Assembly: GCA_903923925.1 (NCBI GenBank) | Contig: CAIXZF010000070.1 | Span: 1 to 59,018, forward strand | DNA from: an uncultured Bacteroidales bacterium | Lineage (GTDB): Bacteria > Bacteroidota > Bacteroidia > Bacteroidales > CAIXZF01 | DNA length: 59,018 bases | Direction of reading: 5' to 3' | Part shown: piece after piece, positions 9,465 through 18,794 of the stretch | How positions within the stretch are numbered: the first letter of the stretch is position 1 | Layout: each line of letters opens with the position of its first letter | Translations under genes and position numbers: made by a program | The notes under the pieces: generated by a model | Databases searched by the model: none | What the model saw: only the letters and a program-made list of their open reading frames with translations | Told to the model about the DNA's origin: nothing

Positions 9465-12400
9465 ATGAAAGCAACTTCTACCTTAATTATTTCGACTGTT
9501 TTTTTCAGTCTGTTCTTCCTATTTTCGCAGCATGTTTCAGCCCAGGGAACAAAGAGCGGAATGAAGTCTAATTCTCTAAATCCAACCAATTCAACCGAAA
9601 AGGTTACAAAGCAATTACAGCCTACTGATTTGATAAATCCGATTTCAGTGAAATTGAATTGTCTTGACGACATTATGCAGGTAGCAGATCCTGGCCTTTG
9701 CGGAGCTATCGTTGAATATCCAATGCCGACATATGAAGGTGGCGTACTTACAATAGTTGGTCAGATGTCTGGTACTTTTTTTTCTGTTGGAGAAACATAT
9801 GTTTTTTTTGTTGTTACCGGTGATAACGGGAATCAGATTTCGTGTCCAATGTTAGTTACAATACTGGATATTTACAGTCCTACGATTATTACTTATCCTC
9901 CGATGATATCTGCAAATACCAATCCCGGAGAAAATTACGCCACCAATCCTGGTATTACTGCTCCTGTTGCCACTGATGAATGTGGTGTAGCCGGGCTAGT
10001 AGCAACAAATAATGCCCCAACTGAGTTCCCTATCGGGACTACAACAGTTATATGGACCATACATGATGCTGCAGGAAATTCAGTAAGCTGTTCACAGTTG
10101 GTTACTGTTTCAGATCTTGAACCTCCACTTGTGCAAGCGCCTGCAAATAAAACTGTTTCAGCGGATCAGGGTTTATCTTCTGCCAGTAATGTAGATTTGG
10201 GTACCCCTGTGGCAACAGATAACGATATTGTAAGCAGTATTTTAAACGATGCTGCTGCTGCCTTTGTACTTGGCAATACTGCCATAACCTGGACAGCCAC
10301 AGATGCCTCAGGAAACACTTCTACTGCTACGCAAATTGTTACAGTTGTGGATCTTGAGCCACCTGTGATAATAGCTGCGGCCAATCTGACCTTACAAACA
10401 GAGGCCGGAAATTGTTCAAACTCATCTGCTTCAATTGGATTGCCCCTGGCTAACGACAATGATTTCATTGCCTCAGTAAGCAGCGACAGACCTGAAGCAT
10501 TCCCTCTCGGAACTACCACAGTTACATGGACTGCCACTGATGCAAGCGGTAACACATCTACAGCCACTCAGCTGGTAACTATTATTGATTCTCAGGCCCC
10601 AACACTTGTGAGCGCCCCTTCAACTATTACAGCCACAACCAACCACGGCTTTTCCTATTCAACCGGAATATCCTTAACTCCCCCTGAATTTTCAGATGAT
10701 TGTTCAGTGAATATAACTTTAACTAATAATGCTCCTGTACAATACGCTCTCGGAAATACTACTATAACATGGACGGCAACAGATGAGGCTGGTAATATAT
10801 CAACAACAAATCAACTTGTTATTGTGAATGATAATGAACCACCCATTCTGACATGTTCATCGAATATGACCAGTGAACTATGCAATAATGTAGTTAATTA
10901 TACAATAACAGCTTCCGATAATAGTTCGAACCCTGTTACTATTGTTTCAAATCCACCTTCGGGAAGCACTTTTCCTGTAGGTTCAACTACAGTAACTTCT
11001 GTTGCAACAGATTTAGCGGGCAATTCATCGAGCTGCAGTTTTACGGTAACAATTCTTCCGAATTCAGGTGCAATTGCATCTTACAATACTGGTTTATGCA
11101 CAGGAACTACCTTATCGCTTTTTGCAAGCGGAGGTGTAACCTATGCATGGTCGGGGCCGGGTTGTTTTCATTCCAATGTTCAGAACCCGACGCGTTGCAG
11201 CACAACTTCTGCAATGGCAGGGAATTATACTGTAACGGTTACAAACAGCAATGGATGTACAAGTTCGGCAGCTGTTAATGTTGTGCTAAATCCTCTGCCA
11301 GGAACACCAACATCAATATCAGGTACTGCTTCAATTTTAAGAGGAGGAACCTATACTTATATCACAACTATATCAAATGCCAGCAGTTACATCTGGAGTT
11401 ACACAGGAACAGGAGCCACAATTACAGGTACTGGAAATACTGTAAAAATTGCGTTTTCCAGTACTGCCACAAATGGAATTTTGAAAGTAAAAGGACAAAA
11501 TAGTTGTGGTTTTGGAGCAATAGCAAGTGTAAATATTACAACAACTCCGGGTTCTTGTATCCATGTTTACAGTTCGAAACATCATGTAGGTGAGGGTTGT
11601 CATCCAACTACAGTTAAATCGCCCTGTGCTCCGATAAATTCTTCAGGAACACAGTGCGGGTTCAAGGTATACAAGTCGCATGACATTGGTTACACTGCAA
11701 AGAGAAATTGTTTCAGCAATATTTATCATGGTTCTAATTCCGGGGGTTCCAGTGGTTCCAGCTATAATCCGGGCTCCGATGTTACATCATGTGTAAATAT
11801 TACCGGCCCTGAATTAAGCAATTGCGGTGGCAGTCCATCCTACAAATATGATATTGTTGTTCCTGCAGGAAAGCGTTACCTGGTTGTAGGCGAATATGCG
11901 GGTGGAGAGAATCAGAATGGGAGTACTCAAAGTAATGTATGTTCAGGAAAAAGAACATACAATAAGAACAATCATTCAGGTTATTGTGATGATGATGATG
12001 ATGGCGATGATGATGGTGATGACGACCCTGCTTTCCAGGCAGGTTGTTCCAAAGACATGTATATCCAGATTATTGAGGATGCTTATGGAAAAGTAAGGCC
12101 GGCAAATACGGATTGTATTCCGGGTTCATTGTTGTTAATCACTGCTCCGAACTATATTGAATTTACAGATAGCATTGAACTTCTTCCGATTGTTTATGAA
12201 TCTGTTGAAGGTGCATGGGAAGTTGGAGTTACTGCTACACCTCCTGAAGGATTCTACAGTGTTCAGGATTCATTACAGGCACAGCTTAACACTTCAAACT
12301 TAAGTGTTTTACAGTTTAGTCTTGTTGATACCGGCAGCGTGTGGACTGCAACCACTGTAAATACTACCCTGAAACATAACAATAAGGATATCAGGCATAC

Positions 12401-12728
12401 TGTAAATCCATCAATGATCGATCATAAAGTTAAAAAGGACTATCTTTCACAGAACTTCCCGAATCCATTCAGCGGGGAAACTACTATCCCATATCTCCTG
12501 CCAAACGATAGTAAGGTAAAATTATCAGTGTATGATATTTATGGTAGAGAATTAGTAGTTCTTGTAAATAAAGAACAGAAAAAAGGAAGTTATTCTGAAA
12601 CCTGGAAAGCTTGTACTTCTTCGGGTTGCAATCTTACTTCGGGAGCTTATCTTGTAAGACTACAGGTTACCTCTACGGAAAACGGAAATACGACTATCAA
12701 CAATAAAACTATGGTTTACATTAAATAG
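9465..12728 (+). CDS. T9SS cargo protein with HYR (hyalin-repeat) domains and PKD-like domains, then a Cys-rich region with a poly-Asp/Gly tract and a type A CTD
   Basis: Signal peptide 'MKATSTLIISTVFFSLFFLFSQHVSAQG'. About five HYR-type units, e.g. 'DLEPPVIIAAANLTLQTEAGNCS...FPLGTTTVTWTATDASGNTSTATQLVTIID'. PKD-like units 'GLCTGTTLSLFASGGVTYAWSGPG...GNYTVTVTNSNGCTS'. The acidic tract 'CDDDDDGDDDGDDD' lies at about nt 11989-12027. The C-terminus 'NFPNPFSGETTIPYLLPNDSKVKLSVYDIYGRELVVL' is a T9SS CTD. Confidence 0.85.
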   Translation: MKATSTLIISTVFFSLFFLFSQHVSAQGTKSGMKSNSLNPTNSTEKVTKQLQPTDLINPISVKLNCLDDIMQVADPGLCGAIVEYPMPTYEGGVLTIVGQMSGTFFSVGETYVFFVVTGDNGNQISCPMLVTILDIYSPTIITYPPMISANTNPGENYATNPGITAPVATDECGVAGLVATNNAPTEFPIGTTTVIWTIHDAAGNSVSCSQLVTVSDLEPPLVQAPANKTVSADQGLSSASNVDLGTPVATDNDIVSSILNDAAAAFVLGNTAITWTATDASGNTSTATQIVTVVDLEPPVIIAAANLTLQTEAGNCSNSSASIGLPLANDNDFIASVSSDRPEAFPLGTTTVTWTATDASGNTSTATQLVTIIDSQAPTLVSAPSTITATTNHGFSYSTGISLTPPEFSDDCSVNITLTNNAPVQYALGNTTITWTATDEAGNISTTNQLVIVNDNEPPILTCSSNMTSELCNNVVNYTITASDNSSNPVTIVSNPPSGSTFPVGSTTVTSVATDLAGNSSSCSFTVTILPNSGAIASYNTGLCTGTTLSLFASGGVTYAWSGPGCFHSNVQNPTRCSTTSAMAGNYTVTVTNSNGCTSSAAVNVVLNPLPGTPTSISGTASILRGGTYTYITTISNASSYIWSYTGTGATITGTGNTVKIAFSSTATNGILKVKGQNSCGFGAIASVNITTTPGSCIHVYSSKHHVGEGCHPTTVKSPCAPINSSGTQCGFKVYKSHDIGYTAKRNCFSNIYHGSNSGGSSGSSYNPGSDVTSCVNITGPELSNCGGSPSYKYDIVVPAGKRYLVVGEYAGGENQNGSTQSNVCSGKRTYNKNNHSGYCDDDDDGDDDGDDDPAFQAGCSKDMYIQIIEDAYGKVRPANTDCIPGSLLLITAPNYIEFTDSIELLPIVYESVEGAWEVGVTATPPEGFYSVQDSLQAQLNTSNLSVLQFSLVDTGSVWTATTVNTTLKHNNKDIRHTVNPSMIDHKVKKDYLSQNFPNPFSGETTIPYLLPNDSKVKLSVYDIYGRELVVLVNKEQKKGSYSETWKACTSSGCNLTSGAYLVRLQVTSTENGNTTINNKTMVYIK

Positions 12729-12791
12729 GAACTTGTGTCTCTTTCAGTTTTAACTTGCAAATAATAGAAAGTTAAAGGTTAATTCAAAGCG

Positions 12792-12830
12792 GCCCTCTCT
12801 GAAATTCAGGGAGGGCTGTTGATTTGTTTG
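12792..12830 (+). terminator. Rho-independent terminator-like hairpin plus T-tract
   Basis: The stem is GCCCTCTCTG/CAGGGAGGGC with one G-U wobble and an AAATT loop, followed by 'TGTTGATTTGTTTGGTTCTGTTTC'. It lies 63 nt after the stop of 9465..12728. Confidence 0.45.
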
Positions 12831-13107
12831 GTTCTGTTTCAGAATATTGTGGGGTATTTCACATCTCATTGGTTATCTGCCACGCAGCAGGCTTCACCTC
12901 TATTCCCAGCCCTTTCTTCTCGAGGAGAAAGGGAGCACTGTTGTCAAAGATTCTGGGACGTGATAAAGCTTTGTTATTGTTCTATTTGCTACAAACAAAT
13001 GGCTCCGCTGGAGACAGTTTCGATTTTGTTGTTAAATTAGCAATCTCAAAATATCACGACATTCGATGATTTAATTGAGGAAATTATTTAGGAATTATTC
13101 CTGATCA

Positions 13108-13893
13108 ATGAATACTGAAAGAGCAGAACAGCTATATAAGGTCTACTATTTTAATGAAAAAGATCCTTTTGGGATCCATTCGCGGTCGTTTTATAAGATA
13201 AGGGACAGATTTGTACTAAAAACTTTTGCAAAAGAATTTCGTGGCAATACGAAACAGATGCTTGATATTGCCTCCGGTCCGGGAACTCTGATGAAGAAAA
13301 TTCATTCAGCACATCAGAATCTAACAATTACATGTTCGGATATGAACCCGGTTGCCTTGAAATTTCTGAAAGCTAATACTCCTTTTATTATACTGGAATT
13401 AAAGTTGCCAAAACTGGAAGAGGCTAACAATTGCTTTGACATTGTCAGTTGTTTTGATACTTATTATCTTCTGAATGAAGAAGATAAGATTATTGCCTTA
13501 AACAGGATTTTTGAATTGCTGAAGAACAAGGGAAGTTGTTTTATTGTAGACTCGGATTTATCGGGATTAATTAATCTAGCGCAATTCAGAGAAAAGGAGA
13601 AAGTGTGCTATAGAACAGATAAAATTTCCAAGATCCTTTACTTTTCACTGGAGGAAAAACTGAGAAATAAGTATTATGTACTGAATGAAGTTTACAGAAA
13701 TAAGCTTATTGAATATAAACTTTTACCTGAAGGCTACTTCCCCCGCCTTAGCACTATGTTTTGGGTAATTTATTACCTGCTTTATCCTTTAAGAATACTC
13801 AATAAATTGTTGTATAGCAGTGTTTTAGTAAATAATTTGTTTTCTTTTTTCGGGAAAGAAAAATATGAGATATTTGTTTATGAGAGAATTTAG
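13108..13893 (+). CDS. Class I SAM-dependent methyltransferase
   Basis: Motif I 'LDIASGPGTL'. Post-I acidic residue in 'ITCSDMNP'. Motif II 'FDIVSCFDTYYLL'. Confidence 0.7.
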   Translation: MNTERAEQLYKVYYFNEKDPFGIHSRSFYKIRDRFVLKTFAKEFRGNTKQMLDIASGPGTLMKKIHSAHQNLTITCSDMNPVALKFLKANTPFIILELKLPKLEEANNCFDIVSCFDTYYLLNEEDKIIALNRIFELLKNKGSCFIVDSDLSGLINLAQFREKEKVCYRTDKISKILYFSLEEKLRNKYYVLNEVYRNKLIEYKLLPEGYFPRLSTMFWVIYYLLYPLRILNKLLYSSVLVNNLFSFFGKEKYEIFVYERI

Positions 13894-14232
13894 GGCATAA
13901 AAAAACCCATCATTTGACGGGTTGAGTTTTAGTTTCCGCTTGCGCGTATATAACTTTTTTGATCTCTGCACTTTCCCTTTGGGAACAAGGTGCATCCTGG
14001 ATAAACTTTTAACCAGTTTTGATTTTTGTTTGTTTGTAAGTTTCATTTTGCATTTCAATATATATCTTTTTCAGCAAAATTGCTGTCTAAGACAGTACAA
14101 AGGTACGACTAATCTGTAGAATTCCTTTCACAACAGCTTCGTTGGAAATAATTTCTTAAGTCCATGATTCCTATATAAAAGGAATTCCTTAGTTTTATCC
14201 TCCAGAAGTAATAAATAGTGTGTTATTAAAAT

Positions 14233-16359
14233 ATGAGCAGCAAAAAAAAAGTAATAAAAAGCCATATAGCAGCAAAAGAAGTTAAGAAGCAGCCGTTTTC
14301 CCAGCCTCCATTCCTATTTACAAGCAGCAGATCTCAGATCGTAGGAATAACATCAGTTCTACTACTGGGTTTGCTTGTATATTCGAATTCATTTGTGGCT
14401 TCATTTCAGCTCGATGACTACTATACTATTGTTGATAATCTGAAAATCAGAAGTTTATCACATACTTCCGATTGGTGGCATTTTGCACAGAATAGACCGG
14501 TTTCAATTTTTACATTTGCGTTGAATTACCATTTCTTTCAACTTGAAGTATGGTCGTATCATGCTGTTAACCTGATCATTCACCTTACCAATGCTATTTT
14601 AGTATGGTGGCTATGCCTACTGATCTTCTCCAGCCCGGCGATGGAGGATAACAGAATGAACAGATTTAAATATGATATTGGAATTATTGCAGCCTTGCTT
14701 TTTGTATCACATCCACTTGCTACAGCCTCTGTAACATATATTGTTCAGAGGATGGCTTCACTGGTAAGTTTGTTTTATCTGCTTTCGATAGCCATGTATT
14801 TAAAAGCGAGGTTAGAGCAGAAACTGAATATCAGTGCTTTGCTTTTTTACATCGCTGCTGCAATTAGCGCTATGCTGGCGCTTAAAACCAAGGAAAATGC
14901 ATATACACTACCTTTTGCCATTCTTCTTGTTGAAACCTTTTTTATGCGTAAAAGTGCACTAAAGAAAGGTTTAGGAGATTTCAAAAGTATTGGCATCCTT
15001 GTTATCGGACTGGCAGTATTATTTATTATTCCATTTCTAACCACCTTTTCTGGTATTAAGCCGGTAATGCCATCATTAGGGAAGACACCCGTGATTGTAA
15101 CACCACTGAACTATCTTTATACACAGTTCAGCGTAATTGTAAAGTATATCCAATTATTAGTTCTGCCTGTAAATCAAAATGTTGACTATGATTGGGAAAT
15201 GGTTGATACGCTATTTTCGTTTCACACCTTAGCAAGTCTGATTTTTCTGATTTCCTTTCTTGTTTTAGCAGTCTATCTGTTTAAAAAGCAAAGGTTGATT
15301 TCCTTTGGAATTTTCTGGTTCTTTCTTACATTGGCAGTAGAATCAAGTATAATTCCCCTTGCGGATATGATTTTTGAGCATAGGACATATTTGCCTTCTG
15401 TTGGCTTTTTTCTCATTCTTACGTATACCGTTTTTTACTTTTTTGCAGAAAAGAACAAAGGACTTATTTTCGGAATAGTTGGTATTCTTCTTCTTACGAA
15501 TTCAATTTTGACCTTCGAACGTAATAAGGTTTGGAAAGATGGAGTAAGTTTATGGACAGATGCAATTAATAAATCGCCAAATGTAACCAGACCACTGATA
15601 AACCGTGGATTTGCCTATGTGCGGATTGAGCAGTGGGATAAAGCAATTGCCGATTATACAAGAGCAATTGAACTCGATTCTGTTTATAACTACGAAGCTT
15701 ATTCCAAGCGCGGAATTGCCTATGGGAATATCGGTGAATGGTGGAAGGCAATTGCAGATTGCAGCAAAGCTATTGAGTTGGAGCCCAAATTGGTTAAAGG
15801 ATATTACAATCGGGCTGTAGCATGGGCCAGCCTTGGAAAAGCGGAGATGGCTGTTCAGGACTTTAATTTTGTACTTGGACTGGATGCCAATTTTGAAAAG
15901 GTTAATTATCAGCGGGGAGCATTACTTATGAACCTCGGGTATTATGACAGAGCGCTGATTGACTTTAATAAAGAGTTTTCAATTCATAAACCAACTGCAG
16001 AGCAAATCTATAACAGGGGATTCGTGAATGAAAAGCTGAATAAGTGGGATATGGCAATTGAAGATTACACTACTTCAATTAACTTAGATCCGGATTATGT
16101 GTCGGCACACTACAACAGGGCAATAGCATATTATAAAACCGGACAAAAAGAGAAGTCGATCCCCGATTACAATAATGCCATACGCTTAAGTCCGAAAGAG
16201 AAGGAAATGTATTACATGCGTGGACTTGCATTTAGTGATCTCGGACAGACTGAAAAGGCAATAAATGATTACACAAAGGCACTTGAACTGGATCCAAATT
16301 TTACAATTGCAAGTAATAACCGTGCTGCTTTATTAAAGAAGTCGGGTAAATTTAAATAA
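14233..16359 (+). CDS. Polytopic membrane protein with about 8 C-terminal TPR repeats. Putative GT-C fold, PMT/TMTC-like glycosyltransferase.
   Basis: About 11 hydrophobic helices fall in residues 30-440. TPR units include 'LINRGFAYVRIEQWDKAIADYTRAIELDS' and 'YSKRGIAYGNIGEWWKAIADCSKAIELEP'. The GT-C assignment is inferred from architecture only. Confidence 0.55.
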   Translation: MSSKKKVIKSHIAAKEVKKQPFSQPPFLFTSSRSQIVGITSVLLLGLLVYSNSFVASFQLDDYYTIVDNLKIRSLSHTSDWWHFAQNRPVSIFTFALNYHFFQLEVWSYHAVNLIIHLTNAILVWWLCLLIFSSPAMEDNRMNRFKYDIGIIAALLFVSHPLATASVTYIVQRMASLVSLFYLLSIAMYLKARLEQKLNISALLFYIAAAISAMLALKTKENAYTLPFAILLVETFFMRKSALKKGLGDFKSIGILVIGLAVLFIIPFLTTFSGIKPVMPSLGKTPVIVTPLNYLYTQFSVIVKYIQLLVLPVNQNVDYDWEMVDTLFSFHTLASLIFLISFLVLAVYLFKKQRLISFGIFWFFLTLAVESSIIPLADMIFEHRTYLPSVGFFLILTYTVFYFFAEKNKGLIFGIVGILLLTNSILTFERNKVWKDGVSLWTDAINKSPNVTRPLINRGFAYVRIEQWDKAIADYTRAIELDSVYNYEAYSKRGIAYGNIGEWWKAIADCSKAIELEPKLVKGYYNRAVAWASLGKAEMAVQDFNFVLGLDANFEKVNYQRGALLMNLGYYDRALIDFNKEFSIHKPTAEQIYNRGFVNEKLNKWDMAIEDYTTSINLDPDYVSAHYNRAIAYYKTGQKEKSIPDYNNAIRLSPKEKEMYYMRGLAFSDLGQTEKAINDYTKALELDPNFTIASNNRAALLKKSGKFK

Positions 16360-16381
16360 AAAGGACAATAATATCTTACAA

Positions 16382-17260
16382 ATGGAAAACCCCGGACTCA
16401 GTATTATTGTACCAGCCTTTAATGAGGCGGTTAATCTTGAAATAATCTTACCGCAGCTTATTGATTATTCTTTGAAACGACAGTGGCAAATAATTCTGGT
16501 AAACGATGGCTCTTCAGATTTTACCAGAACTTTCCTGAATAATTTCGTTAATGAAAGCAATCTTACTATTTTTCATCATAAAGTTAACAAGGGTTATGGA
16601 GCGGCTTTAAAAACTGCTATAAATGCAAGTAATACAGAATATTGTATAACTTTTGATGCCGATGGGCAACATTATACTGAAGATATTGACAGCCTTTTAG
16701 ACCACATTATTCAAAATGATGCCGACATGGTTGTTGGTTCACGTAAGGGATTAAAGTCAGCTTCAATAATTCGGGGCTTGGGGAAAACAATAATCAGGAT
16801 AATTGCGAGGATTCTGATGCCTGTACCTATACATGATATAAATTCAGGTATGAAAATCTTCAGAACAGATCTGGCTAAAAAATATGCTTATCTCGGTCCG
16901 GACACCATGTCGTTCAGTGATACGTTTACGCTTGTTTTCATCAATAACAAACATCTTGTTTTAGAAAAGGCCATCCGGATAAAAGATAGAATCAGCGGCC
17001 AGAGCACGATTGGCATTCAAACTGCTTTTCAGACGATTATGGAGATAATTAATATTGTTATTCTCTTCAATCCCATGAAAATATTTCTGCCGGTTTCTTT
17101 GATTTGTATCTTTTTTACTTTGCTTTGGGGACTGCCAATAGCCTTTATGGGAAGAGGAGTTAGCACAGGTTCCTTGTTAGGAATAATTTCAGGGCTCTTC
17201 TTTTTCCTGATGGGACTTATGGCTGAACAGTTGAGTTTGATACGGAAAAGACAGAATTGA
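16382..17260 (+). CDS. GT2 glycosyltransferase with two C-terminal TM helices. Polyprenyl-phosphate sugar synthase-like, in the GtrB/DPM1/ArnC class.
   Basis: 'LSIIVPAFNEAVNLE', 'VNDGSSD', 'FDADGQH'. The C-terminal hydrophobic segments are 'IFLPVSLICIFFTLLWGLPIAF' and 'LLGIISGLFFFLMGLMA'. Confidence 0.8.
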   Translation: MENPGLSIIVPAFNEAVNLEIILPQLIDYSLKRQWQIILVNDGSSDFTRTFLNNFVNESNLTIFHHKVNKGYGAALKTAINASNTEYCITFDADGQHYTEDIDSLLDHIIQNDADMVVGSRKGLKSASIIRGLGKTIIRIIARILMPVPIHDINSGMKIFRTDLAKKYAYLGPDTMSFSDTFTLVFINNKHLVLEKAIRIKDRISGQSTIGIQTAFQTIMEIINIVILFNPMKIFLPVSLICIFFTLLWGLPIAFMGRGVSTGSLLGIISGLFFFLMGLMAEQLSLIRKRQN

Positions 17261-18051
17261 TGCAACAGGCTGATCATACTTTTATTATTCCTGCCTTTGG
17301 AAATTCGGATTTCCTTGAAGCATGTATTCTCTCGCTGAAACAACAGACTATTCCAGGTAAAATACTGATTACAACATCAACACCTTCGGTATTTCTGACT
17401 GAAATTGCAGAGAAATATCAGCTTGAAATCATTGTGAATGAAAGTAAGACTGGTTTGGCCAGCGACTGGAGTTTCGCCTATAAAGCATGTACTAGCAAAT
17501 ACCTTACACTTGCTCATCAGGATGATTTGTATAATACTAACTATGCAGAAACCTTTATTAAAGAGGCTGAAAAACATGGGAATATTGACTGTCTTATCCT
17601 ATTATCTGATTATAATGAGTTGAAAATAAATAGCTTACGTAATAGGTCTGTAGTTATCTTTATTAAGAAGATATTGTTATTGCCGTTTCTTTTTAATAAT
17701 AGCCTTCGTAAGCGTATTTCAAAAAACTTGCTTCTTGTTTTTGGAAATCCTGTTGCCTGCCCTTCGGTAATGTTTAATGTTGAAAACATCGGGAGCTTTG
17801 AATTTAACAGCGAATATCTGTATAATGTTGATTGGGAAGCCTGGATCCGGCTGGCAAAAAGAAAAGGCAGCTTTGTATATATAAAAAAGAAAATGATGGG
17901 CCACCGCCTGCATAGAGAATCGCAAACCAGCATACAGATTGAGAGCACTATCAGGCAGAAGGAAGAGGAAAAAATTCTGAAATCGATATGGGGGAAATGG
18001 GTAGGGGGGATTCTATTTTTCTTCTATGGTTTTGGGGGGAAATTCAATTAG
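17260..18051 (+). CDS. Glycosyltransferase family 2-like protein
   Basis: The likely ATG at 17260 overlaps the upstream TGA (tgATG); the ORF-track start at 17257 is a TTG. 'HTFIIPAFGNSDFLEACILSLKQQT' is typical of a GT2 N-terminus. Confidence 0.6.
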   Translation: MQQADHTFIIPAFGNSDFLEACILSLKQQTIPGKILITTSTPSVFLTEIAEKYQLEIIVNESKTGLASDWSFAYKACTSKYLTLAHQDDLYNTNYAETFIKEAEKHGNIDCLILLSDYNELKINSLRNRSVVIFIKKILLLPFLFNNSLRKRISKNLLLVFGNPVACPSVMFNVENIGSFEFNSEYLYNVDWEAWIRLAKRKGSFVYIKKKMMGHRLHRESQTSIQIESTIRQKEEEKILKSIWGKWVGGILFFFYGFGGKFN

Positions 18052-18761
18052 TTTGATTTCCGGATTGCCCATCTTTTTAGAATATGCATCATCAATACAA
18101 GGCGGTAGCGAATCTGGTAATGGATTGGAAGATAGTTCTTTCTGAAGGTTGTAATAGTGTTATTTCCATGCCGTCTGTAATAAATTAAGGGTTTACGGAG
18201 GAGGAAATAATTGCCTCTTAGCGCTGCATTCAGCCCGATCCAGCTATCGTGCATGGCGATGTTCGAAGGGAAGGGAAGTACAATTTCCAGAATTTTCCGG
18301 TTGAAAGTCATGCAGCATCCCATAAACGAATTGTTTACCCAGTTTCTCAGGAAGCCTTTCCCCGAGAAGTTAACAGCAAAAAACGATTCATTTAGGATAT
18401 TGCCGCTGGCATCAGTAACAAAAGCATCACTTAAAACCAGGTTGTATTTTTCCATCAAAGGTGTGATAATAGCGACTTTATCTGATACCCATACATCATC
18501 CTGATCAGCAAGGTAGATGATATCTCCAATAGCTTGATTAAGTGCATTTTCAACATTGTGAACCAGTCCTGCTTTGTTTGGATTTTTTGATATTTTTATA
18601 CGATTATCATTGATTGCCAGTAGTTTAGCAAGGGTTTTATCGGTTGAATTATCGTCGGAAATAACAATTTCATCACCAGGATTTAACTGCATGAGGATGG
18701 AATTGATCTGTTCTTCAATATAAAGTTCGCCATTAAATGTGGGGATGCAGACGCTTATCAT
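18048..18761 (-). CDS. Glycosyltransferase family 2
   Basis: 'MISVCIPTFNGELYIEEQINSIL', 'VISDDNSTDKT', and a DxD-type 'YLADQDDVW'. Confidence 0.8.
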   Translation of the reverse strand: MISVCIPTFNGELYIEEQINSILMQLNPGDEIVISDDNSTDKTLAKLLAINDNRIKISKNPNKAGLVHNVENALNQAIGDIIYLADQDDVWVSDKVAIITPLMEKYNLVLSDAFVTDASGNILNESFFAVNFSGKGFLRNWVNNSFMGCCMTFNRKILEIVLPFPSNIAMHDSWIGLNAALRGNYFLLRKPLIYYRRHGNNTITTFRKNYLPIHYQIRYRLVLMMHILKRWAIRKSN

Positions 18762-18794
18762 TTTAACTATCGATCAGGATTTAAAGATAATGGA

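Noticed and set aside
12819-13069. Two overlapping ORFs (73 and 81 aa) in the 380-bp intergenic region
   Set aside because: No recognizable motifs and the two overlap each other. The region more plausibly holds the terminator and promoter between the HYR protein and methyltransferase genes.
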